A DNA stretch of 64,000 bases from a virus (taxonomy: Duplodnaviria; Caudoviricetes). The position numbers and the translations under genes are program-made. Shown here one piece after another: positions 7,918 through 16,119 of the stretch. The notes beneath the pieces were generated by a model that saw only the letters and a program-made list of their open reading frames with translations, was not told the origin of the DNA and made no database searches. Each line of letters starts with the position of its first letter. The first letter of the stretch is position 1. The DNA lies in IMG/VR virus record IMGVR_UViG_2751185783_000001, positions 47,168 to 111,167 of that record. The stretch is one strand, 5' to 3'.

Positions 7918-8211
7918 TCAGGTAATCAGCCCCTCCGGCCATGCCGGGGGAGGCGGTGGCTGCCCGTCGGCGATGTGCCGGCGCAGCGCACCGATGTAGT
8001 CGCCCTGGATGCGCTGGGTTCGCCGCAGGTCGGCGACCTCGCCCCGCAGGGCGGCGATCTCTTCTTGATGCTGGTCGATCATCTGCTGCCCGGCGTCCGA
8101 CCGCAGCTTCCGGTTCGACCCGCGATAGGTGAAGTAGGCGGCGGCGACCACACCCAGCAGCGTCAGCGCAGGGCCGAGGAGGCTCAGGAGCGGGTCCACG
8201 ACGGCTTCCAT
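7918..8211 (-). CDS. lysis-cassette TM plus coiled-coil protein
   Basis: N-terminal TM, coiled coil, PPPPPAWP end. Confidence 0.75.
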   Translation of the reverse strand: MEAVVDPLLSLLGPALTLLGVVAAAYFTYRGSNRKLRSDAGQQMIDQHQEEIAALRGEVADLRRTQRIQGDYIGALRRHIADGQPPPPPAWPEGLIT

Positions 8212-8612
8212 CCTCCCGGAATGGGGCGGCGGGCCGCCGGTGGGATCCCTCCCGCCACCAGGTAGACGAACGCGGCGAACGCCAGCCAGATCACCGCCGA
8301 CACGTAGCCGCGGTCAACCTGCCCGGCGATCCACCCGAACAGGGCCAGCAGGCCCCAGGCGACTTTCAAGGCGACGGCGGCCATGAACGCAACCGTGTCG
8401 TAGGTGCGGAACGCGTAGATCAGGCACACCGTCCCGACCGCACCCCACACGGCGGCCCACGCCACCAGGGGCAGGACGGAACCCATGTACTCGTAGAACG
8501 CGACCATGGGCCGGGTGGCGGTGAGGAGCCCGTAGCAGTAGACGGCGTCGAGGACGAAGAAGAAGATCAGGGCTGCGCCGCGCCGGCCGATCCGTTCGGA
8601 CAGGCCGCTCAC
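8184..8612 (-). CDS. 4-TM membrane protein (holin-like)
   Basis: hydrophobic helices; translationally coupled to the endolysin. Confidence 0.7.
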   Translation of the reverse strand: MSGLSERIGRRGAALIFFFVLDAVYCYGLLTATRPMVAFYEYMGSVLPLVAWAAVWGAVGTVCLIYAFRTYDTVAFMAAVALKVAWGLLALFGWIAGQVDRGYVSAVIWLAFAAFVYLVAGGIPPAARRPIPGGWKPSWTRS

Positions 8613-9445
8613 CGGGACGGGGCCGCAAGTTCACGCAGCGCCCCGACGAACGCAGCCTGAAGCTGGGCGGGGGTGACGTTGATGCCGGGCAGCAGCGGAG
8701 TGAGCGCCCGGGCCAGTGCGGTCTCGTCGATCAGGTCTTTCGCGGCGAGTGCCGCCACCCCGGTTTTGGCCTGTCCGGCGCTGTCGCGGCCGGCGACCGC
8801 CGCGTTGAGGATGTTCAGCAGGAACGAGTTGACCGTCCAGTGCGTGTTGGGGGTGCCGTCCGCGTTCTTCGACCCGGCCGGTGCGGGCACCACACCGTCG
8901 GTGCCGAGGACCGCGGTGGCGAGGGCGGCCCGCACATCCTGGTCCTTCAGCAGCGCCAGGAATTCGGCTTTGGTCATGGTGTCCTCCTCGGCGAGGCCCC
9001 ACGGCCTGACGTCGTTTTCTTGGGCGGTGGTGTAGCGGGCGGAGAAGTGCGCGTGTTCGGTGTGCGGGGACGCGCCGCTGTACGCGCGCCACGTCCAGCC
9101 CCACGACCGGGAGGCGATCCGCCGGTCGTAGATGATGTTCTGCAACCGGTCGTCGGCCCCGGCGCGATGCCGGTCGGCGATGGTCTGCACGATCCGGCCC
9201 ATCGACCAGCCGGCAGGCCACGGCCCGCTGGAGTCGACGTCGATCGCATGGACCTCGTCCACCGAGTCCGCATCCTTGCCGCGCAGCTTCGGCGACGACT
9301 CGTCCGGCAGATGATCGGAGGTGCCCGCCGCCTGGTGTGCCAGGTCGCCGATTGCCCCGTCTGACCGTTTGTCCCGGCCCGGCGCCAGGCGGTCGATCTC
9401 AGCGCGCAGGCACACCAGGCACGGCACGAGCACCCAGCCCGCCAT
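8609..9445 (-). CDS. endolysin, M15/LAS-like Zn peptidase
   Basis: SDGAIGDLAH...SDH...VHAIDVD...IIYDRRI...HTEHAHFS; lies between tail and membrane genes. Confidence 0.78.
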   Translation of the reverse strand: MAGWVLVPCLVCLRAEIDRLAPGRDKRSDGAIGDLAHQAAGTSDHLPDESSPKLRGKDADSVDEVHAIDVDSSGPWPAGWSMGRIVQTIADRHRAGADDRLQNIIYDRRIASRSWGWTWRAYSGASPHTEHAHFSARYTTAQENDVRPWGLAEEDTMTKAEFLALLKDQDVRAALATAVLGTDGVVPAPAGSKNADGTPNTHWTVNSFLLNILNAAVAGRDSAGQAKTGVAALAAKDLIDETALARALTPLLPGINVTPAQLQAAFVGALRELAAPSR

Positions 9446-9636
9446 CAGCCCACAGCCCTGTTCGCCTCGATCTGCCGCACCCGCCGCGCCGTCTCGATCG
9501 ACTCTTCGGCGACACTGTGATGCCAGTCGTCGTGGAAGACACGGCCTTTCTCCGGGACCGCCACACCGCACACCATGCACGGGTAGAGCAGTGTTCCGGC
9601 GGGCAGCGGGATCGGCCCGATACAAATCAGACTCAC
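9445..9636 (-). CDS. small Cys/His protein
   Basis: CMVCG...HDDWH; start and stop overlap the neighbouring genes. Confidence 0.6.
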   Translation of the reverse strand: MSLICIGPIPLPAGTLLYPCMVCGVAVPEKGRVFHDDWHHSVAEESIETARRVRQIEANRAVG

Positions 9637-9971
9637 GGCGCCTCCTCCGCGTCCTCGAAGCCGTCGCACGGGTCGCCGGCATGCGCCTCAGGGGAGTCGC
9701 CCAACGACACGACCGGCATCGGATCCGCGTCGAGGGGCAGCCGGTCCCAGTCGATGCGCCGTTCGCCCGTGGTCGGCCCGTGCGGGTAGATCAGGCTGTT
9801 GTCGTGGGACGTGTCGAGCAGCCACGTTCTATCGGGGCCGGGCAGATAACGCCAGGCCAGGCCGTTCAGCTTGTCGACGGCGAGGAACCCGTCCGGGTGG
9901 TCCACCGTCACGAGCTCGCCGCCGAGTGGGCCGCCCACGCAGCGGCGGTCAGGGGATGGAGAGGTCGACAC
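9633..9971 (-). CDS. hypothetical protein
   Basis: CVGGPLGG motif; GAGGAG RBS. Confidence 0.6.
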   Translation of the reverse strand: MSTSPSPDRRCVGGPLGGELVTVDHPDGFLAVDKLNGLAWRYLPGPDRTWLLDTSHDNSLIYPHGPTTGERRIDWDRLPLDADPMPVVSLGDSPEAHAGDPCDGFEDAEEAP

Positions 9972-10155
9972 GTGTCTCCTCCGGATTCCCGAACGCACGG
10001 TACGGCGCCTGCTGTGGGAGTGGTGCGGCGCGGGCGGTCAGCCGCTGGATCTCTTCTTCCTGCCGGGCCACCAGCAGCCTGAGTCTCGCGATCTCAAATT
10101 CGATCGGGTAGTCCGTCTGGATCTGCTTCAGCAGGTCGTCGGCGTCGAGATGCAC
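9949..10155 (-). CDS. small coiled-coil protein
   Basis: GAGGAG RBS before the GTG. Confidence 0.55.
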   Translation of the reverse strand: MHLDADDLLKQIQTDYPIEFEIARLRLLVARQEEEIQRLTARAAPLPQQAPYRAFGNPEETRVDLSIP

Positions 10156-10227
10156 CGCGGCTCCTCTCGTTGCGGAATCGACTAACGTCGTTGGGTGATG
10201 TGCCCCCGCGCCCCGGGAGGACCGGCG

Positions 10228-10686
10228 ATGCCCGACGACACCGACCAGATCACCGTGGACGTCATCCACCACACCGGCACCGGACCCGACAAACGCACGC
10301 AGCAAAAGATCACCCAGAAGCCCGGTGAGCAGGTCACCGGTGACCTGCGCTGCCAGGAATGCGGCCCGGTGCGGACGGTCATCCGGTCCAGCCGCGACCA
10401 TCGCGCCCGCATCTACGCGTACCGCACGCTCGGATACGCGGCTGCCGGATGCGCGGTCCTGGCCGTAGCCGCACCGATCGTGAACCCGCACATGCCGACG
10501 GCCCTGCTGGTCACCTGCCTCGTGCTGGCCGCGGTGTTCGCGGTCTCCGCGATCTGGTGCACGAAAGCCGCCGCGACTGTGCCGCTGTGGGTAGGGCCCC
10601 TGCCGGGGCCACACGACATCAGGCCCGGCCGGGCACCTCAGCAGTGGGGGCCGCGCTTCGAACGCCGGAAACGACCGGGCCGCTGA
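10228..10686 (+). CDS. counter-oriented membrane protein with CxxC (moron-like)
   Basis: GGGAGG RBS; CQEC; two TM helices. Confidence 0.6.
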   Translation: MPDDTDQITVDVIHHTGTGPDKRTQQKITQKPGEQVTGDLRCQECGPVRTVIRSSRDHRARIYAYRTLGYAAAGCAVLAVAAPIVNPHMPTALLVTCLVLAAVFAVSAIWCTKAAATVPLWVGPLPGPHDIRPGRAPQQWGPRFERRKRPGR

Positions 10687-10812
10687 CACCGGCAGGTCAC
10701 CGGTGGCCGGCGGGGATCCGGTCGCAGTGCCGGCAGAAGAACAGCAGCCAACCCGTCGGGGCCTGCCGGGCGTACATGGCGAGCGGGCACCATGCGCACC
10801 TGCGCAGGCGGG

Positions 10813-11247
10813 TCACAGCGGTTTGGCGAGGAACGCGAGCAGGCCGGGCGTGCGGGCCTGGTATTCGGTGATGCTGGCGTCGTAGAACTTCTTCAGCCCG
10901 GTCCGCAGGTCCGCCCCGGGCACGCCCAGCTTCAGCAGGTACAGGCCCTGGTCGTAGAACACCTGCCGGGCGTCGAGGTTGACCCAGCCGCCCGGGCCGG
11001 GGATAGCGTTGACCGCGGCAACGTTCGGATCCACCTGCGGCTGGACCAGCCACTCCAGGCCGGACGATCCCTGCCGCACGTAGCCCCACAGGGTCACACC
11101 CGACACGGTGATCGAGTCGATCGACGTGGGCAGCGGCGTACCAGCCGGAATGGCGATCATCCGCCCGGCGTACTGCTGCTGCCCGGACGGGGTGTTTCCG
11201 TCGACGGCGATCGTCAGCCAGGTCGGATTGCCCAGATTCACAGGCAT
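10813..11247 (-). CDS. hypothetical tail-region protein
   Basis: AAAGGA RBS, 144 aa. Confidence 0.7.
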   Translation of the reverse strand: MPVNLGNPTWLTIAVDGNTPSGQQQYAGRMIAIPAGTPLPTSIDSITVSGVTLWGYVRQGSSGLEWLVQPQVDPNVAAVNAIPGPGGWVNLDARQVFYDQGLYLLKLGVPGADLRTGLKKFYDASITEYQARTPGLLAFLAKPL

Positions 11248-11260
11248 GACGGGGGTCCTT

Positions 11261-13867
11261 TCAGCTCATCCACGGGCCGATGCCGGTGGTGCCATTCCCG
11301 CCGAGGGTGATCCACCGATACTCGTAGTCGACGCCGGACGCCGGCCCCCAGTCGGCGTGGACGGCTGCGGGTGGGGCGCCGGACAGGATCCGCACGCCCG
11401 GGTCGGTGTTGGCTTCGCGGAGGTCCACGTCGTCGACGTAGAACGCATCGCCCACCGCGGGTGTGCCGGTCAGGCCGATGACCGCCGCGGCCCGTGCCGC
11501 CCCGACCACAGACGATGGGTCGCCGGTGTATTCGACGTACATCCACGCGCCCGCGATGGCATTACTGACGGTGGCGCCTTCCTGCGCGAGGTAGGTGCCG
11601 CCAGCGTCGAGCCAGTTGACCTGCACCCGGATCGCCTTGTTGGACGTGTCCGGGCGGATCCACCCGGACACGGTGATACTGCGTCCGCGGGCGATGGTGT
11701 CGGTGATGAGCGGCTGCACCGAGTTGATGACCTGCGAATCCGCCGCGGCGCCAGTGGGTACGAGCCGTGCGGATCCGGCGCCGGAACGGGCCTGGGCGGT
11801 GGAGTAGGACAAGGTGCCGCCCTGGCCGAACCAGCCGGTCACGTTGCCAGCGAAGCCCGGGTTGGTGAGCAGATTCGCTGTGGTTTTCGGCCGCCGGTAG
11901 AGGTCCTGGGTGACGATCGCCGCTTGTGCCCCCACCGCGGCTAGCGAGCTCGAGGTGACGGTGATGGTGCCCGCGGCGGTTGACGGTGTGAACGCGGAGA
12001 TCACCGCTGGTGGTGCGTTGTATTGGACGGTGAATGACCTGGTCGTGTCCGCGCTGGGCAGCTGTTCCAGGTTGTACGTGTTGAGGGTGGCCGTCCAGCC
12101 GGTGACGTTGCCCAGCCGGTACGGGATCGTGTATTCGGTGGCGTCGAAGCCCATCATCGGCCCGGAGTCCCACACGACCAGGCCGCCCGGATTGGTGGCC
12201 AGGCGGATCCGGACCCCGGTCTGTTCGGCAACCGTCCACTGCACGGTGACGGTGTCCGCGGTCAGGACAGCCGCGGCGGCGGGGGAGGTGATGGTCGGGT
12301 TGACCTGCACGCTCGGCACGAGGACCAGGGCGGTGGAGTAGCCGGCCGACGCGGTGCCCGCCGAGTCCCACACTTTGACCCGGTAGGTGTGGTTGGCGTC
12401 CGAGCCGGAACCCCACGCGGTGGCGAGGGTGACGTTCGGGTTGACGGACGCGTTCTGCACCTCGGACGCCTGCCAGGTGCTGTCGGAGGCCCGCCAGTAG
12501 GCGATGGTGCCGGCGCCGATCTGCCGGGACAGGGCGTATGAGCCCTGCGTCTGACCAGGGTCGGCATCAACGAATGACCACACCAGGGGCAGGGCTGCGT
12601 TGACGTTGGCCGGGCCGCCGCTGGTGTACGCCTGCCCGCCGGTCTGGAACTGGGCGATCGACGGCGGGGTCGCATTACTTTGCGCCGTGTGGGTGATCGT
12701 GTACGGGCTTGAGCTGCCGGACACGGTGAACAGATCGAAGCGGGCGTTTCCGCCATTGCCGCCTCTGCGCACACCCCATTCGGTGGCGGACGTGACCGCG
12801 GTGGCGACGGCGATCGACCAGGATCCCCACGTGCCGGTGGCCCGCACGTAGTCGACCTGGTAGAGGACGGCGGTGGAGGTGCCGACCGCGTAGATCCGGA
12901 TGTCTTTGGTGGCCTGGTCGTAGGTGACCGCGCAGTTACGGATCACGCCGGTCGGATGTACCGGCGAATCGAAGGTGGTGGTGACCGTGTTGGCCTTGTT
13001 GCGCTGGTACACGCGCACCACAGTGGTGTCGTCGGGGGAGGGGACCGCCATCAGCCACTGCTGCCCGTCCCACCGCCCGGCCGTGAAGTCCTGCGACGAC
13101 GGCAGGGTGGAGCGGATGACTACCGGGTTCGCCGGGCCTTGCCAGCCGGCGGTGCCGCTCATCCACGCGACTTTGACCATGCGGATTTCGGGGCGGCCCC
13201 ACGTGACCCACACGTTGGGGGTGCTGGTGGTGTAGCCGTCGCCGTTGTGTTCGACCTCGATGGAGATCCCGCTGCGGCCTGGGTTGCCTGCGGACGTCCA
13301 CATGCGGGTGCCGGTGATCAGCCCGTTGTTGAGGTAGATCTCCCCGGCGTTCTTGCGGATGCTGACGCCGTGTAGGTAGACGCCGTGGGTGGACGCGGTT
13401 GTGTCGGTGTACGCGGCGCCGACGATGATGGCGTACGCGCCGTCGGGATGCCGGTAGACGGCGAGGTCGACGCCTTGGAATCGGGCGCCGGGAATGCCGC
13501 CGTTCGCCGGGCTGCCGGACACCTGCAACGGGCTCGACCAGGACGCGTTGGACAAATTCAAACGCCGATACCAGAGGGTGTCGACCCCGCCGCCGCCGGT
13601 CGTGCCGACCCGGTAGGCGAGGTGCAGATATCCGGCCGTCTCGAAGATCGGCGACGACCACTCCTGCAACCCGGTCACCGTGATCGACGCGTACGACGCC
13701 CACGAGCCGCCCTTGTCGACGCTGCGGTAGACGGTCAGGACCGTCGCCGCGGTACGGACCAGCGTGAAGTAGTGGTCCGTGGTGGCGTTGACGTACCGGC
13801 GGGTCATCGTCGGCACCCCGGGCGGGGCCAGACAGTCCGCGACGGTCGACGTGCCCACAGCAGCCAC
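11261..13867 (-). CDS. minor tail / receptor-binding protein
   Basis: beta-rich; BNR-like SVDKGGSW; Ig/FN3-like middle; C-terminal carbohydrate-binding-like domain (NLLTNPGF...FYVDDV). Confidence 0.8.
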   Translation of the reverse strand: MAAVGTSTVADCLAPPGVPTMTRRYVNATTDHYFTLVRTAATVLTVYRSVDKGGSWASYASITVTGLQEWSSPIFETAGYLHLAYRVGTTGGGGVDTLWYRRLNLSNASWSSPLQVSGSPANGGIPGARFQGVDLAVYRHPDGAYAIIVGAAYTDTTASTHGVYLHGVSIRKNAGEIYLNNGLITGTRMWTSAGNPGRSGISIEVEHNGDGYTTSTPNVWVTWGRPEIRMVKVAWMSGTAGWQGPANPVVIRSTLPSSQDFTAGRWDGQQWLMAVPSPDDTTVVRVYQRNKANTVTTTFDSPVHPTGVIRNCAVTYDQATKDIRIYAVGTSTAVLYQVDYVRATGTWGSWSIAVATAVTSATEWGVRRGGNGGNARFDLFTVSGSSSPYTITHTAQSNATPPSIAQFQTGGQAYTSGGPANVNAALPLVWSFVDADPGQTQGSYALSRQIGAGTIAYWRASDSTWQASEVQNASVNPNVTLATAWGSGSDANHTYRVKVWDSAGTASAGYSTALVLVPSVQVNPTITSPAAAAVLTADTVTVQWTVAEQTGVRIRLATNPGGLVVWDSGPMMGFDATEYTIPYRLGNVTGWTATLNTYNLEQLPSADTTRSFTVQYNAPPAVISAFTPSTAAGTITVTSSSLAAVGAQAAIVTQDLYRRPKTTANLLTNPGFAGNVTGWFGQGGTLSYSTAQARSGAGSARLVPTGAAADSQVINSVQPLITDTIARGRSITVSGWIRPDTSNKAIRVQVNWLDAGGTYLAQEGATVSNAIAGAWMYVEYTGDPSSVVGAARAAAVIGLTGTPAVGDAFYVDDVDLREANTDPGVRILSGAPPAAVHADWGPASGVDYEYRWITLGGNGTTGIGPWMS

Positions 13868-13880
13868 AGCGCGCCTCCTT

Positions 13881-14579
13881 CTACAGGACGGGTTGGTTGG
13901 CGCGCACGCCCTCGTCGATCTCCACCTGGAACCAGGCGTTGTGGTCGGCGGTGATCGACCCGGTGCCGGAGATGCGCCGCCACCGCAGTGTCGCCGTGTA
14001 CGTCCCCGCCGGGACGTTGATCAGCCGTCGGGCCCCAGAACCGGCCCCGTACACGCTGGCCTGCGAGAAGTAAATGAACCCGACCGGCACGTCCGTCGGC
14101 GTGTACCCGGCGCCGCCCGCTGTCGGGGTGAGCCGGACCGCCCACCCGGCGCGGGTGAACGTGCCCGAACTCATGGCCATGAACGTGGCCGACAGGCGCA
14201 CATATGTGCCGTCGTACATTTTCGAGAAGGAGAAGGACCCGAACTCGGTGAGATCCACGAACGTTGCGGACGTCATGCCCGCGGTCGTCCCGCTGAGGCC
14301 CTCAACAACCCGGGACGCCTCGCCGAAACCGGGCCCGGCGAACGCCCCGGTGACCACCCAGTCTTTGCCGTATTTGTCGAGCGTGACCCGGTGGCCCTGC
14401 CGCGCGAACACGCTGCCGAGGATCTTCACCGGCATTGCCGTGGCGGCCCCATCGAACAACACGGTCGCGCCCGGTCCGCTGGTGTCGACGTCCACGACGG
14501 TGCCGGTTGCCCGGGTGGTCTGGCCGGCGAGGCTGATGCGCTGATCGACGATGGTGATGAGGTCTTCGGAATACGCCAC
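13881..14579 (-). CDS. minor tail protein
   Basis: N-terminal GTVVDV...GHRV OB-like segment; synteny. Confidence 0.75.
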   Translation of the reverse strand: MAYSEDLITIVDQRISLAGQTTRATGTVVDVDTSGPGATVLFDGAATAMPVKILGSVFARQGHRVTLDKYGKDWVVTGAFAGPGFGEASRVVEGLSGTTAGMTSATFVDLTEFGSFSFSKMYDGTYVRLSATFMAMSSGTFTRAGWAVRLTPTAGGAGYTPTDVPVGFIYFSQASVYGAGSGARRLINVPAGTYTATLRWRRISGTGSITADHNAWFQVEIDEGVRANQPVL

Positions 14580-14592
14580 CAGCAGCCCCCTT

Positions 14593-15726
14593 CTACCGGG
14601 CGATGACCCGCCATTCCTGCGTCATCTCGCCCGCGTCCGGGGGGAGTGGCAACGTCCATGAAGTGACCTGCGCGTCGGCGAGCAGGTCGGCGGTGGCCAC
14701 GTAGATGCGGTCGTAGTGCCAGTGCAGCGGGTTGGGGGCACTGGTGACGGTGACGACGGTGGGGATGTCCATGTCCGCTTGGATGATCTGCTGGGCTTGC
14801 ACGATCAGGGACGCTTGGTCGGCGGTGTCGACCCCGACGACCTTAGGGATGACCAGGCCGCCGCGGGCGTCCACCGACGTTTCGCCCACACTCTGGTTGA
14901 CCCAGGTCCACATGCCGTCGCCGTCGACCGGTGCCGCCGCGTCGATGTTGTTCGACCTGTACACGACCCACTTGTTGGGGGCGGCGAAGTAGTCGTGGAC
15001 GACCTGCCTGTCCACGCCCAGCATCGTCGTGGCCTGGTCGTCGGTGTACGTCCACTCCGCGGCCCGTTCGGCGGGCAGCTGATACGGGTGGCAGCGCAGC
15101 CGGCCGTCCCAGTCGGCCCAGATCCCGGCGTAGCCGATGGACGCGAGCAGGTCGTTGACGATGGACAGCCAGGTGACGGTGTCTTCCATCGCCCACACCC
15201 GCGACGTCGGTGCGACCGTCGAGGCGGAGGTCGGGTCGATGATGTACTGGGTTAAGCCGTGCGCGAGGAGGATCTGCTCGACGACCTCGAGGTAGGAGGC
15301 GCCTGCGGCGATCGCGTAGGTGTCGCCGACGGGCTGTTGAAGCCGCAACAGCAGGTCGTAGCCTTCGATTTCAAACATGGGTGGGCTTTCCGCCGTGGAG
15401 TAGGCGGGCACCGACGTGTGGTAGACGCCCAGGTTGAACCGGGCGGTTACCGTCCCGTCCGCTAGGACGATGTAGGGGCGGACCAGTCCGGCACCCCAGT
15501 CCAGCTCCCGTGACACCTTCAGGCTGGCGGCGCCGTGCAGGTCGGCGTAGCTGTTGCGGCTGACCTGGCCGCCGGCCAGGTGGTCGGAGATGTCCTCGAT
15601 CACGTTCAGGGCCAGGTCGATGATTTCGAGGCCGCCGGAGACGGTGAGCGCCTCCGACTCCTGGAGCAGCGTCCTGACCTGCGCGGTGGCCAGAGCGGCG
15701 CGGGGGCCGTCGGTGGGCGGCTGCAC
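14593..15726 (-). CDS. minor tail / baseplate hub protein
   Basis: GYDLLLRL...IWADWDGRL pattern; synteny after the tape measure gene. Confidence 0.78.
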   Translation of the reverse strand: MQPPTDGPRAALATAQVRTLLQESEALTVSGGLEIIDLALNVIEDISDHLAGGQVSRNSYADLHGAASLKVSRELDWGAGLVRPYIVLADGTVTARFNLGVYHTSVPAYSTAESPPMFEIEGYDLLLRLQQPVGDTYAIAAGASYLEVVEQILLAHGLTQYIIDPTSASTVAPTSRVWAMEDTVTWLSIVNDLLASIGYAGIWADWDGRLRCHPYQLPAERAAEWTYTDDQATTMLGVDRQVVHDYFAAPNKWVVYRSNNIDAAAPVDGDGMWTWVNQSVGETSVDARGGLVIPKVVGVDTADQASLIVQAQQIIQADMDIPTVVTVTSAPNPLHWHYDRIYVATADLLADAQVTSWTLPLPPDAGEMTQEWRVIAR

Positions 15727-15740
15727 AGGATCACCCCCGT

Positions 15741-16115
15741 TCAGACGCCTTCGACGGTGGTCGTCACATGCAGGGTGACCTGCGCCGAGTACATGGTGGC
15801 CGGCATGTACTCGCCTACCGTCACGTCGAAGAACACGCCAAACCACTTGTTACCGCGGTGGTCGCGGAGTTGGACGTGGGCGCCGAGCCACGATTTCAGC
15901 GTGTCTACCTGTGCCGCCGTCAGCATGACGAACGTGCGGGCCACTTCCGCCTTGGTGCCGACGGTGGTGATGGCCCGCCGCCGCCCGGACGCGTAGGTGC
16001 GGACCTCACCGTCGATGCCGTAGCCGGTGGTGCGGTCCCGGGCCGACGGGCCGGAGATGGCTTCTCCGGTGTCGACCCGGTTCAACCACAAAGCGTTGAG
16101 CACGACGGACGCCAC
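15741..16115 (-). CDS. distal tail-type protein
   Basis: directly follows the tape measure gene. Confidence 0.7.
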   Translation of the reverse strand: MASVVLNALWLNRVDTGEAISGPSARDRTTGYGIDGEVRTYASGRRRAITTVGTKAEVARTFVMLTAAQVDTLKSWLGAHVQLRDHRGNKWFGVFFDVTVGEYMPATMYSAQVTLHVTTTVEGV

Positions 16116-16119
16116 CGCA

